Shown here one piece after another: positions 13,455-28,130 of a stretch of 64,000 nucleotides of DNA. The position numbers and the translations under genes are program-made. The notes under the pieces are model-generated. The model did not search any database. It was not told where the DNA came from and was given only the letters and a program-made list of their open reading frames with translations. Numbering within the stretch: the first letter of the stretch is position 1; each line of letters begins with the position of its first letter. The DNA comes from the human T2T-CHM13v2.0 reference genome, Homo sapiens. The stretch lies in assembly GCF_009914755.1 (NCBI RefSeq), contig NC_060940.1; one strand, 5' to 3'.

Positions 13455-14141
13455 CAAATATCCATTTTTGTGTAACCAACACAGTTCAATAGCTTCAAAC
13501 ATTCAAATCATTTTCTTAGGGCACACATCAAAGGTTAATCATGCTTTGATTTTTTAAAAGGTATTCACTTTTTATTAATTACACTCATTACATTGAATAC
13601 TCAAGCAATTCCTGTCAATATACAATGCAAATGATCCCTTTAAAGGTTAGTCCACAAGTCCCTAACAGGTGCTTGAAACCACTGGAGGAGACTTGCCCCT
13701 AATATTTGCAAGGGCCCAAGGCAAGAATCCAGCTGGAAACCCATAGGTCATATGTGTACATTTTTACAAATTATAAATAAGTTGTGCCCACAGATGGGCC
13801 CATTAAAAATAAGCTACACTCACTTACAGAACCCCAGAGCTCACTCGCTGGGATGGCCCCCTTGACTTGGGAGCTAAAGGAACCAGGGGCCAGCTCTGTC
13901 TCCTGAAAGCCTGCATAATAGAACTGCAGGACTTTGCAGCAGGCCAGAACTCAGCAACGACACTAATCATGCCTAACTAAAGTTAAGGGTTGATATAGCC
14001 AGGAAGGAAAACAGGAGGGGCAAGGAAGAGGATTTGGCCAACAGGCAGCAGGTGCATTTCATTTCATTGAAACTTACACATGTAAGTTTCTAAAGCTTCA
14101 GTTCATGGGCATCCAGCCTGTTAGAAAATTGGGCCAGTTTC

Positions 14142-14427
14142 AGCCAGGCATGGTGGCTCATGCCTGTAACCCCAGCACTTTTGGGAGGCCAAAGCGGGTG
14201 GATCACCTGAGGTCAGGAGTTCGAGACCAACCAGACCAATATGGTGAAACCCAGTCTCAACTAAAAATACAAAAATTAGGGTGGTATGGTGGCATGCGCC
14301 TGTAGTCCCAGCTACTCGGGAAGCTGAGACAGGAGAATTGCTTGAACTCGGGTGGTGGAGGTTGCAGTGAGCCGGATCGCACTATTGCACTCCAACCTGG
14401 GTGACAGAGCGAGACTCCATCAAAAAA
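14142..14427 (+). mobile_element. Alu (S)
   Basis: Full Alu; TSD attggg(c)cagtttc lies beyond the purine tract. Confidence 0.95.
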
Positions 14428-14635
14428 GGGAAGGGAAGAGGAAGGGGAAGGGGAAGGGGAAGGGGAAGGGGAAGGAGGGGAAGGGGAAGGGGAAGGGGAG
14501 GGGGAAAGACAGACGAAAGAAAGAAAGAAAGAAAGAAAGAAGGAAAGAAAGAAAGAGAAAGAAAGAAAGGAGGGAGGGAGAGAGAGAGAAAGGAAGGAAG
14601 GAAGGAAGGAAGAGAGAGAGAGAGAGAAAGAAAGA
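14422..14635. repeat. Compound polypurine microsatellite (GGGGAA)n/(GAAA)n/(GGAA)n/(GA)n
   Basis: About 210 nt almost purely A/G, derived from the Alu tail. Confidence 0.95.
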
Positions 14636-14688
14636 TTGGGCAGTTTCAAAACCAAAGCAAAATCCCTTCCGTCTTCTCTCTCTCTCTC

Positions 14689-14905
14689 TTTTTTTTTTTT
14701 TTTTTTTTTGAGACAGAATCTCGCAGTGGCGCGATCTCGGCTCACTGCAAGCTCTGCCTCCTCCCGGGTTCACGCCATTCTCCTGCCTCAGCCTCCTGAG
14801 TAGCTGGGACTACAGGCGCCCACCACCACGCCCGGCTAATTTTTTGTATTTTTAGTAGAGACGGGGTTTACCGTGCTAGCCAGGATGGTCTCGATCTCCT
14901 GATCT
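14689..14905 (-). mobile_element. Alu (Y-like), truncated
   Basis: gcaagctctgcc...gttcacgccattctcc diagnostic; CpG-rich. Confidence 0.9.
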
Positions 14906-15215
14906 CCTCACACCTGTGTGCCGTCAGCCCCCAACTTCAGGTCTCCCTCTTCATCCCTCCTAGGCCCACAGGTTAAATAAGTTACCAAATTTTCAGAAAA
15001 CTGAAAACACAAACAAGCAAACGAATGAAAGTGCAGTACCAAATGAAAACGGCCGGAGCTAAACAGGCAGAAAAACACCTAGTGAATATGGAGGTTAAAG
15101 GCTTGAACACTGAGCAATGTGAACTAAGCTTTGAACCCCTGAGCCAAAATAAACTCGCATCCCTCCCCGGCCCCACCCCATTCCCTAGAGGCTCCTCCAT
15201 TCACTCAGCACCTAA

Positions 15216-15692
<477 letters not shown>

Positions 15693-15719
15693 TTGCCTGG
15701 ATTCTTGTGGTTCTACCCG

Positions 15720-16245
<526 letters not shown>

Positions 16246-16763
16246 TGAGCACAGAATTTATTCAGCTGATGTATTCTGGCCTGGACCCACCAGAAAATAC
16301 TCTTATACTGGATGGGTAAATACTGGGACCCCAACCACATGGGGCCCCTCTCCCAGGACCTTAGGGCCTTCCATGATCCAGAAAATATTTAATAAGAAGC
16401 TGACACAGGGACCTCCAGGACTCTGCTTCGACTCCTCAGCCAGTGTCCCTTTTGAAGGGCAGTGCCTGCGCCCTTGTGGTGGTTAAACATGTCAGCTATG
16501 ACTGCAGCACCTGCCACAACACCTAGCATCTATTAGGTGCTCAAGAAATATTTGTCAAATGAATAAGCAAATTCATTTGTTCATTCGTGACTAAATGGGT
16601 ATTCAATGGGTGTTGTCATACTCTCTACTATGCAAATGTAGATGCGTGCAGGGAAAGATTCTGCATTTTAATGAGCAGCATGTGGTCTGATGGGAGTCCC
16701 TGTATACAGGGCTGGCTGCGTCATTTGCAGGGTCCAGTGTGAAATGAAAATCCTGGGCTCTTA

Positions 16764-17080
16764 GGCCGGGTGCAGTGGCTCATGCCTATAATCCCAGTAC
16801 TTTGAGAGGTTGAGGCAGGAAGATTGCTTGAGGCCAGGAGTTCTAGACCAGCCTGGGTAACTTGGTGAGATCCCATCTCTACAAAAAATACAAAAATCAG
16901 CCAGGCATGGTGGCACATGCCTGTAGTTCCAGCTACTTGAGAGGCTGAGGCAGGAGGATTGCCTGAGCCTGGAAGGTGAGGCTACAGTGAGCCGTGATTG
17001 CACCACTGCACTCCAGCCAGAGTGACAGAACAAGCATCATCTCAAAAAAACCTCAAGCAAAAAACAAAACAGAACAAAAA
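16764..17080 (+). mobile_element. Alu (J)
   Basis: Full Alu following a MER45-like hAT end (16708-16760). Confidence 0.93.
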
Positions 17081-17685
17081 ACTTTTAATTTTTTCTGTGA
17101 TCGCTCTCGATCTATCATGGTGTTTTCTATTTGCCGTTTAATATCACCCTCCTTGGGTGCAGGGACATTCTCCCAGTGAGCGCAAACCCTCCCAGGGACC
17201 TGAGGCTTGCACCCAACTCTGACTCTCCTTGTGTCCGTGCCTGAGCTCCCACCAAGGGCAAAATGGGGGCAGTAGTCGCTGGGCTGAGGAGGGAGAATGG
17301 GCGTTTGAGAGCCTTTTCCAGGGAGGCAGGGAGGTGGGAAGGTGTTGGTGATAGGTGAGGAGGTAGAGAGTGGAGTTCCACATAAGTCAAGTCTCCAAGC
17401 CCCAGTGCATGTGTCATTGTCCCATCAGACTTCACTTCACTTATAAAACACACATTCGATTATAAAATCGTTAAGACTCTCAGAATGGTGACTGCAGAGC
17501 ATCAACCCCAAGTGCCAAGACTCCTTCTAAGCACAGGCCCTGAGCGCCTGGTCTCATGCCCGTGTTAGACATGGGCTCTGTTCTCTTCCTGTGCTGCCTT
17601 CCTCTCAGGCACTCCTGCGCTTGCAATGGGAGGACCCCAGGGGCTGGCTGGGCACAGGCAGAAGCCTCTCTCCTTCTCTCCGCAG

Positions 17686-17826
17686 GAGCTGTGAGGGCCT
17701 CCAGTGTCTTCCCCATCCTCAGTGTCACGCTGCTGTTCTTCGGCGGGCTCTGCGTGGCAGCCAGTGAGTTCCACCGCAGCAGACACAACGTCATTCTCAG
17801 CGCGGGCATCTTTTTTGTCTCTGCAG
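17686..17826 (+). CDS. CACNG3: CACNG3 coding exon 3 (141 nt; TM2-TM3)
   Basis: Acceptor ctctctccttctctccgcag|GA and donor GCAG|gtgagt. Translates (R)[46 protein letters not shown](G), in frame with exons 2 and 4. Confidence 0.97.
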
Positions 17827-18179
17827 GTGAGTGTCTGGCCCCAGCCCTGAGATCTTCACAGATACCAAACTGAAGCCAGGGCCACATGGAGGAAGCAATG
17901 CTACTCAGGGCTCCCTCCAGGGAAGGAGCAAGAAAATGTTCCAGTTGTGCTAAGGATGAGAACTCCAAGAATTCCATTAGAACCAAAGATGCCAAAACTC
18001 TAGCTAAAGCCGGCATGAAGGAAAAACAGGGAGGAAACAGCATGGCACGATCAGCTGAGATTGAAAGAGAGAGAGGGAAGAAGAAAGGGGCAGGAGAGAG
18101 AAAGAGAAAAGGAGAGAGAGATTTATAAGAGTGTACATACATGCTTGCTGCTTGCATATGTGGTACGTGTGAACTGATT

Positions 18180-18452
18180 GACTGGGGAGGCTACAGCAGG
18201 AGGATTGTTTGAGCCCAGGAGTTCGAGACCAGCCTGGGCAGCACAGTGAGACCCTCATCTCTACAAAAAACAATGTTAATTAAAAAATTAGCTGGGTGTG
18301 GTGGTGCACACCTGTGGTCCCAGCTACTCAGGAAGCTGAGGTGGGGGGATCACTTGAGCCCAGGACGTCAAGGCTGCAGTGAGCCAAGATCTTGCCACTC
18401 CACTCCAGCCTGGGTGACAAAGTGAAGTCTCATCTCTAAAAAATAAATAAGT
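18180..18452 (+). mobile_element. Alu (J), 5'-truncated
   Basis: Alu body and A-rich tail. Confidence 0.9.
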
Positions 18453-19273
18453 AAATGTAAAAATATACAGCTGCATTTTTGTGTTCACTTGGGCCTGTTA
18501 ATATACGATCTCTGGCCCTTTGGGATTTGTATTTGACAGCTACTTATTGTTCAAGCCTCTCTTACTCACCATTTTATACCCTCCTCCACTCTTCCTATGC
18601 CAATCAATACTCTGCCATCACCCTGCAAAGTTTGAAAGTCATCACGAGAGTCCAGCCCCATCCAGCTTTTGAAGTGCTCAAATCCTCATATCATTCCAAG
18701 CATCTCTGGGAACAAGGTAAAGACCAGCAGCCCGAGATGCTCTGGGGGAAGACCTTATAGTCAATAGGAGCCCTGACCAGAAGAAGGCACAGGGTGGCAA
18801 GGATGCTGAGAGACAACTTTCAGAAAAGGGTCCTGTTAAAGGGTCCTGTTCTCTGCCTCTTTTACCTCCCTCCACCTCCATCCCTTCACTGGTGTCCTGT
18901 CTTCCTTGCTTCCCTCTGGGTTTTCATCCTTCATCCTTGCTTTCACCCCTTTACCATCTCTTCCTACCCCACTCCTCTTGGGGTGGATCAGTGCCATTTG
19001 GATGAAATGCTTTAGAGAAGCAAAGAACAGGGTAGGGATGGGGGAAGACGGGGCTGGACTCTGGTGATGACTTTCAAACTTTGCAAGGTGATGGTAGAGT
19101 ACTGATTGGGATGGGGACAGCGGCAGAGAGTATAAAATGGTGAGGAAGAGTGGCTTGCAACCCCCCTGGATTTCAATCCTGGATCCACCAATCAGGCCTT
19201 GGGAAATGTGATCATCTCTTTGTAATTTGGTTTCCTTCACTATAACATGGCAAATGATAATAGTACCAAATGC

Positions 19274-19560
19274 AGCTGGGCTTGGTGGCTCATGCCTGTA
19301 ATCCCAGCACTTTGGAAGGCCGAGGCAGAAGAATCACTTGAGCACAGGTCTTCAAGACTAGCCCTAGGCAACATTGCAAGACCCGATCTGCACAAAAGTT
19401 TAAAAATTAGCTAGGCCTGGTGGTGGGTGCCTATAGTTCCAGGTAGTCAGGAGGCTGAGGTGGGAGGATTGCTAGAGCCCGGGAGGTCAAGGCTGCAGTC
19501 AGTCATGATCACACCACTGCACTCCAGCCTGGGTGACAGAGCAAGACCCTGTCTCAAAAT
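19274..19560 (+). mobile_element. Alu (J) in MIR
   Basis: Full Alu; TSD atgataatagtacca. Confidence 0.93.
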
Positions 19561-19615
19561 AGTCGTAATCATAATGATAATAGTACCAGCTGCATGGGGT
19601 TTGCTGGAAGGAGAC

Positions 19616-20264
<649 letters not shown>

Positions 20265-21049
20265 GAGACTGAACAGAGAAAGCACAATATTATTTTCTAG
20301 TATTAGAAAAACAGCAACCACACAGTTCCAAAATCTGGAGCCCCACAAGATCTTGCTCGAATTCCTTCCCCACTGCTTCGCCGGCTGTGAGATGAGAAAG
20401 GGAGACTATCTAAAGCTGAGTCTCTGAGAACCGACTCAAGCAACAGACCAGAAAGAGAACTGCCATCTTGCCCCAGGGGAGTGAGATCAGCCCACAGGTG
20501 GCGGTGGCCTCTACCTTGCTCTGTGTGGACAGATGTTAGCATCTGGCAAACCCAGGGACTTGTTTTGTCTTGAGGCACGCTCCTGTCACTGGTGGCCCCA
20601 TCCAGATCTCCCGGGTGCTTGGCCGATCCAGAGGATCAGTACCAGTGTCATGCTGATGTGAGAGTTTCCTAAGAACAAGAGAAGATCATTATGTTGTCCC
20701 CCAAGGGGATTGTTAGGGAAGAGTGTGTCACCAGCAACTTTCTTCTCACAAGAGGTATTGTGAGGGATGGCAGGTAGACTAGACACGTAGGAACTAGAAA
20801 GTGTGTGAGTGTGTGGAGGAAGCCTGACGGGAAGGCAGAGGCTTGGGGTCTAATCCTAGACCCTTCCACTGATCTCCCCAAAGAACCCGAAGATCTTGTT
20901 TTTCCACCTCTAAAATGAAAGGATTGGAGGATTCACTACTCTCTAAGGCTGTTTTTTGCTCATCTACACTAAGGTTGATCATTTGAGGCAAGCAATTAAC
21001 AACCCTTTAAATCGGTAAATAAGAGTGCTGGGGGGAAAAAAGAGAAAAC

Positions 21050-21840
21050 AATTCTTAATTGAGCACCTACTACGTGTCAGATACTATGCAGAATGCCCAA
21101 GAGCGTAAGCTCTGAAGTCAGGCTGCCTGGCGCAAATGTAGCTCTACTACTTTCCTGCTGTGTGACTTTGGGCAAGTCACTTAACCTTTCTGTGCTTCCA
21201 TTTATTTCTCCATCTGAAAAATGAGTATCATAACGGCCCCACCTTTTGAAGCTGTTAAGAGGATTAAATGAGTTGGTATTGATAAAGTGCCCAGAGTGGT
21301 GCCTATCATCCAGTATGTCTTCAACACATAGTAGCTGTTATCATGTACAATGTACCATTTAATTCTCATATCAACTCCACTTATTCACCCATTCAACAAA
21401 TATGCACTGCCCTCTTGCTATGAATCAGACTCTGGGCTGGGAGTTACGGCCATAGCAATGAAGGAGATAAGCCTAGTCCCTGCCCTCAGGGAGTTTACAG
21501 TCTGAAAGTAGGAAAAAGCAATTGCCTACTCAGATCTTGTTTTCCCTAAGCCTTGTTACTGAAATCTAAATCCACCATGGCTAAGAGCTCTGGATTCAAA
21601 TCTCACTTCAACCATTTTCTATTAGGTTGATGCAAAAATAATTGTGGTTTTTGCAATTAGTTTTAATTTAATGGCTGTGCTCGACATGGGAAGTTACTTA
21701 CCTTCTCTGTGTCTGTTTCCCCATCTGTAAAAGAGAAATCATTTTTTAAGTGGGCCTGCTGCAATGATTACTAGGTATGATGCATATAAAGATTTTGCAC
21801 AGTGTGTGGCACATGGTAAGCGCCCTGTAAATAATTGGCA
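21050..21840. mobile_element. Cluster of MIR and L2 fragments, including a half MADE1 at about 21622-21673
   Basis: tgtgtgactttgggcaagtcacttaacctttctgtgc (MIR core); ttcaacaaatatgcactg (L2 end); attaggttgatgcaaaaataattg (MADE1 TIR). Confidence 0.7.
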
Positions 21841-22418
21841 ATTCGCTTGGCTTCCTATCAGTTTCATCTGACATCTGAGCCTCTCTTTGAACTTCTTTCT
21901 TTCCTTCCCCACTCCCCGCCACCCACCGTGCTGCCCCCAGAAAGACCTTCTTTGGGGACTTTCCAAATTTTGCCATCAAAACATTCCTCATGGCAGAGGA
22001 GAGAAAAAACATGGCCCGGGGGAGTCAGGGGGCATCAATAGAAGCCACCTTCATTGAGCTGAGACGTCTTTGAAGTCTGACTCCCATTTAACTTAAAAAT
22101 TCATGTGAAGTCTGCCTTCTCCTCCTTGTTATATCCATGTTCATTTTAATATAAAAGAATATGTCTTCCCTACTCATCTTCAAGCCAAATTGACACTCCA
22201 GGAAGAGGAGCCGTTTGTCACCCTGTGGTTTCTTGCAGGCTGACACAGAGCTGGATGTGTCAAACCCCATAATAAGAAATAGCTCAGTGATGAGAACTTG
22301 CTGCCTACCTGCTGAATGTCTGTGCTGGGTACAGCCAAGAGGAGGCAGGAGAGAAGCAGCAAATTTTAGCCCTGTACTCTGGAGAAAAATTTGAGATGAA
22401 ATATAATGAGAAGTCCTA

Positions 22419-22742
<324 letters not shown>

Positions 22743-23419
22743 TAATAATCCTAATGCATGTGCACCAGCTAAGCAGAAGGGTGGCACTGGAGCACAGTCC
22801 TGTGTCTCCTGCTCTACCAAGCTTTAACCCTTTGGTTGCTGGACTGTAGGGAGATCTTGGGGATGCCCACAAAGAGTACGGAACATTCAAGGAATGGAGA
22901 GAGAATTCAGGAGGCTCCTGGAAATGGTTACTCACCAACTGTTGTCGGAAACTATAATGAGGGACAACCTCCATTTAGCACCACCCTACAGGTAGCCTAA
23001 ATTTGGAGGCAAAGAGATGCCAGCTGGTGTACCAACAACCTCCATGAGTCATTGTTGGCACCATGACCTGGATGAGGCCCTTGAAACAAAGGGACAAAAA
23101 AAAGACATATCCCCTTCGGAGTAAGAACATGAGAAAGGTAGGCAGAGATGTGCACAGCCCTCCAAACCTCCTGCTCCTACTGACCACTACCTAGGAAACT
23201 GATTCCTCTCCAGTGGGCTAAGCAGCTATTTCCAACAATATTGGCACTTTGGGAAGCTAAGTCTGCAAGCCTCGCCCGTTGGAGGTAACAGCTTCCTGCT
23301 CCCCAAGTCCTGGTGCCCTGGTGCTCAAACAACAGCTGATCTGAAGCATTATCATATCCTGTGCAGATGAAAAGACTTGGTAAGCTCTCACCTCTTCCCC
23401 ATGGGTTTATTTATTGTCC

Positions 23420-23900
23420 CAAATTGTAGCTCCAGACCCATACATTTCCACTGAGCAGCTCCATTTGGATTTTCCATAAGCACTTCCAACTTAATGTGTT
23501 CAAACCTCCTCTTTTATCTAAACCTGGATTCTCTGCTGCCTCTTATTTGAGCTCAAAATGCCACCAGCTTCCCAAGCATCCAAGTTAGAACCCTAGTAAG
23601 TCATTCTCAATGCCTTCTCTCACATGCCATCGTCAACAGTCTTTCATCTCCTGGCTCACCCCTATTTGATTTGCAGGATCCGGCTCAAATGTCACCTCAT
23701 CTTCAGTGCCAGGTTCTTAGTCTTTCTCTCTCCTTCTCCTCCTGAACCATTTTTATGTGTCTCCTTAGCACCCTTACTGTATTTTCCTGTAATTGCATTT
23801 ACATGTCAGTCTTTGCTACTAATGGTAAAGAATTCAAGGGCAGAGGCGTGTATCTTGTTCATTTTACAATCTTCATGACTTAGTGCCAAAGATTAAGTGT
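23420..23900 (+). mobile_element. L2 fragments
   Basis: ggctcaaatgtcacctc and agggcagaggcgtgtatcttgttcatt resemble the L2 3' consensus. Confidence 0.55.
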
Positions 23901-24198
23901 TGATGAGATGAATTGCTTCTAAGGGAAAAATAAGTGCATTCTGAGTTCTTCCGTACTTGCTGTAGGAGTAGGGTGTATTCTTCAGCTGAATACACATTGC
24001 CTGGAACTGAGCAGCAGAATTCTTCATTTCCTAAGTGACAGACCATGCAAGAAGAACTAGGTGGTTGGATTTCCCAGCTATAATCCATTCTCCTCTCTCC
24101 CCATTACCTCCACATTTTCTATAAATATTTTAAGATGGAAAGTGACAGTTCTCTCCGAGGTGTATAAAGGACGTGTTTTTCTTTTCCCCTTCTCTTAG

Positions 24199-24710
24199 GG
24201 TTAAGCAACATCATTGGCATCATAGTTTATATATCAGCCAACGCCGGAGACCCCGGGCAGCGTGACTCCAAAAAAAGTTACTCCTATGGTTGGTCCTTTT
24301 ATTTCGGAGCCTTCTCTTTCATCATCGCAGAAATTGTAGGAGTGGTTGCCGTGCACATCTATATTGAAAAACATCAGCAGTTACGAGCCAAATCCCACTC
24401 GGAGTTCCTGAAGAAATCTACTTTTGCCCGCCTCCCACCCTACAGGTATCGATTCCGGAGGCGGTCAAGTTCTCGCTCCACCGAGCCCAGATCCCGAGAC
24501 CTGTCCCCCATCAGCAAAGGCTTCCACACCATCCCTTCCACTGACATCTCGATGTTCACCCTCTCCCGGGACCCCTCAAAGATCACCATGGGGACCCTCC
24601 TCAACTCCGACCGGGACCACGCTTTTCTACAGTTCCACAATTCCACACCCAAAGAGTTCAAAGAGTCACTGCATAATAATCCGGCCAACAGGCGCACCAC
24701 GCCCGTCTGA
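24199..24710 (+). CDS. CACNG3: CACNG3 last coding exon (TM4 and cytoplasmic tail ending RRTTPV)
   Basis: Acceptor cttttccccttctcttag|GG. Translates (G)[36 protein letters not shown]...[15 protein letters not shown]...NRRTTPV, TGA at 24708-24710. The Arg/Ser-rich segment and class I PDZ ligand are typical of type I TARPs. Confidence 0.98.
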
Positions 24711-25260
24711 ACTGACCTCTGACCTCTGCCCCACGCCCAGCACAGCCTTGGGGGAAGTGTACAGAGATGTCTCTGAGGTTGCATGGCATGGTCCTTGTGA
24801 TGGTATTACTTTTTACAAAGAATGAAACCAAATGGACTCAGCCCTCTCCCACATTTTCCCCTCACCCTCCAAGTCCTAACCCCTCCATCCTCTCTAACTT
24901 TTCAAGCCAATCCCTTTAATGTCATTCCTCTCTCTGTGTATCTGTGCCAGATGTTTTCCTTTCTTCCTTCTTTACTGGAAGGACCTCCACATTCTTCCCT
25001 CCTTGGAAGAGGACTTTACTAAAAGTCACAGGTGGTGGCCAGGGGGGATTTCCGAATCTCCATCAGGCGCGCTCATAGTTGTCCCCATTGTCTACCCACA
25101 CAAATCCTCAGGAAACCAACCACCGCCCAGGTGGCCCTGAGGGAGGCATTCACCTTTATGTGTTAGAAAAACATGACCAGAAATCAAAGATGTCAGAGCC
25201 CCGAAGCAGCTAATGTAATAAGCACTCATGTTATTAAAGGTTTTGCCTTGTCGTAACCAA
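24711..25260 (+). other. CACNG3: CACNG3 3'UTR (end approximate)
   Basis: Repeat-free sequence between the stop codon and the poly(A) signal; end inferred about 20 nt after ATTAAA. Confidence 0.8.
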
Positions 25261-25296
25261 CCGAGCCGGGGGTGTTTTGTTTCTTGTGGGTGTTTC
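25214..25296 (+). terminator. Cleavage/polyadenylation signal of CACNG3
   Basis: TGTA at 25214-25217, ATTAAA at 25233-25238, GU/U-rich downstream element ggtgttttgtttcttgtgggtgtttc at 25271-25296. Confidence 0.8.
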
Positions 25297-25489
25297 CTAC
25301 ACAAACTCACTCCCCTGCCTCCAAACTGGCTCATGTCCATCTTGGAAGCTGAACTTTGCTCATCCACACTTGAGCCACTAGGAAGGATCTCCCTGCACCT
25401 TTGGAAGCTAGTAAGGCATTCCCACAAATATCCAAATCAATGCATCCTTCTACTTGAATTCCTGGAGGCTACCTGGGGGTGGGTGAGTG

Positions 25490-25670
25490 AATGCTGGTTT
25501 TCAAGATCTAACTTTGGCATGCAATAGCTCTAGAACCTTGGGCAAGTCACCTAAGCCTCAAGCCTCAGTCTCCTCATCTGTAAAATGGAACATGATAATA
25601 GCACTCTCCTCCACAGAGTTATGAGGTTTAAATAAAACTGTGTGTAAAATGATTAGCACATTGTAAACAA
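25490..25670 (+). mobile_element. MIR
   Basis: ccttgggcaagtcacctaagcctc...ctcagtctcctcatctgtaaaatgg. Confidence 0.75.
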
Positions 25671-25719
25671 TTGATATATATTTTTCAATGTTTCAGGTGG
25701 ATTTTAGGCAGAGTAAGCA

Positions 25720-26277
25720 TTATGTTGATCTGCTTTTGCTGTGACAACAAAATATCAAAATGGGCCAGGAGAGGCAGCATGAGCTTGTAGTCCCAGCTCA
25801 TGGAACTACAGACTTGGAGGCTGAAGCGGGAGGATCACTTGAGCCCAGGAGTTAAAGAGTTCAAGTCTAGCTGAGACCCCAGCTCTTAAAAATAAAAAAA
25901 TCAAAGACTGGTTAAACAACAGACATTTATTTCTCAAAGTTCTGGAGGCTAAGGAGTCTAAGATTAAAATGTCAGTAATTCAGTTTCTGCTCAGGGCTCC
26001 TCTTCCTGACTTGTAAACAGCAGCCTTCTTGTTGTGTTCTCACATGATAGAAAGAAAGTAATCTCTTTCTCTCTCTCTCTCTCTCAATTTCTCTTTTCAT
26101 AAAGCCACAGATCCCACAGTGAGGGTCCCACGGGTCCCACCCCCATGATCTCATCTAACCCTAATGATCTCTCAAAGATCCTATCTCCAAATATCATCAC
26201 ACTGGGGATTAGGGATTCAACATATGCATTTTGGGGGAATGGGAAGGTGGATGGAGACACAGTTCAGTCCACAGCAA
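25720..26277 (-). mobile_element. MLT1A-like MaLR LTR with an Alu monomer (25763-25900) inserted
   Basis: aacaacagacatttatttctca...ttctggaggct...gattcaacatatgcattttgggg...ttcagtccacagca. Confidence 0.75.
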
Positions 26278-26434
26278 GGGTTACTTTAGCAAGATAAAAG
26301 CCAAATGGAAGTTACTTTATATAAGGGAGAGAGAGAGAGTATACTTTGCACAGGCTCTGAGGGCTCTGGGAAGAGAGAATGGAAGGATTTGAATATTTTA
26401 AATATTTGATGTTGGAAAGCATGAGAAATATGTT

Positions 26435-26758
<324 letters not shown>

Positions 26759-27984
26759 CTATGCCCACAGTGACTTCCTTGAGCATTTTTGGCACACACC
26801 CAGGTCTTCGCACTTCTGAGGAGCCTTCCCACTTAGGGCCGCAGCATGCTAGGAGGCAGGGTTGCAGGCTTGAGAGCTCACACTTAGCTGATACTGTGGG
26901 TACCAGGCTGTGTTCTGCTGCCATACACACACAAAATCATTTCATCCTTCCAGTAATCCCATGAAGAAAATACCTCCCAAAATCTCCACTTTACCAATGA
27001 GGAAACTGAGGAAAGAGAAGTACCATGACTTGCCCAAATTGTATTCCCACTATGGGACAGAAGTACTGGGAAACTAGTACCTTGCCCACACTCACACAGT
27101 AAATTTCATTGTAAAGTGCACCTAGGGACAATTCATTTTGTTCAACACTTGAGTCATTGCATGCAAATGACACGCACATACATTAAATTATCTCATTTAG
27201 TCCTCCAAAGAACCACGTGTAGTAGGAATTATCATCTCCATTTTGGCAGGTAAGGAAATAGAGGCTCAAAGAAAGTAAGCGTCTTGGGTGCTAATGAGCA
27301 GAGCGACATTTGTATCTAAGCCTCTGCTTCCTACGTTGTGTGGCTTCCCCAGTATTCCAGCATTTTCCAAGCTCAGTCATTTGAGCGCCACTCCTAGGAA
27401 GTTTTTTATAGCCACATCCCACATCAACAACTATTTACCTAATGTCTTTCTTCAAGCCTACTTGCTTTTAATCCTTTAATAAATATATTTCGAAAAGGAA
27501 TTTTATAACACTACTATAAAGAGAAAACTGAAATTCCTTGCCATAATCAAATGGTAACTGGGAAAATAAATACAATACAAACGAAAACAATCATGCTATA
27601 CTTTAGCTGTTGCTAGCTTAGCTCACTGCAACCTCCACCTCCCTGAGTTCAGCTGAAGGCCGGCTGCCGGCTGCCTGTTCTTTGTGAAAAGGATATAACC
27701 GAAGTGTTAGAGAGGTGTTAAAGGATATTCTGGCACCAAAAGAAGATGCTTCCCTTGGTTTACTCAGAAGGAGCAAAGGAGAAGTCAAAAGGGAATACCC
27801 TTCTCACTGTGTGATTTGACGCTCTGTGATACTGCGGCCATGCACCATATCAAATCATCTACTCTTTTTATTATGGAAGTTTACAGAGCACTTTATTTTT
27901 TTAATTTTTTTTTTAAAGATGAAGGATGAGGTAGATTTTATTTTGAAGCATGTGAAAAATATTTGGGAATGGTAACTCAGGTAA

Positions 27985-28130
27985 TTTTTTTTTATTATTA
28001 TTTTACTTTAAGTTCTGGATACAAGGGCAGAACTTGTAGGTTTGTTACCTAGGTATACATGTTGCATGGTGGTTTGCTGCACCTAGCAACCTGTCATCTA
28101 GGTTTTAAGCCCTGAATGCATTAACTATTT
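27985..28130 (-). mobile_element. L1PA 3' end, severely 5'-truncated
   Basis: ttttactttaagttctggataca...ggtggtttgctgcacc...ggttttaagccc...gcatta. Confidence 0.88.

Noticed and set aside
14257-14799. Lys/Arg/Gly- or Ser/Phe/Pro-rich ORFs of 117-162 aa
   Set aside because: They arise from a stop-free purine microsatellite between Alus.
17480-18157. 225-aa minus-strand ORF overlapping exon 3
   Set aside because: Antisense shadow of a coding exon plus low-complexity flank; no recognisable domain or supporting signals.
24424-24825. Alternative-frame and antisense ORFs over the last exon
   Set aside because: Expected by-products of a GC-rich coding exon; no independent start context.
25631-25636. 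AATAAA as the main CACNG3 poly(A) signal
   Set aside because: It lies within a MIR. The upstream ATTAAA has both the UGUA and GU-rich elements. Minor distal use is not excluded.
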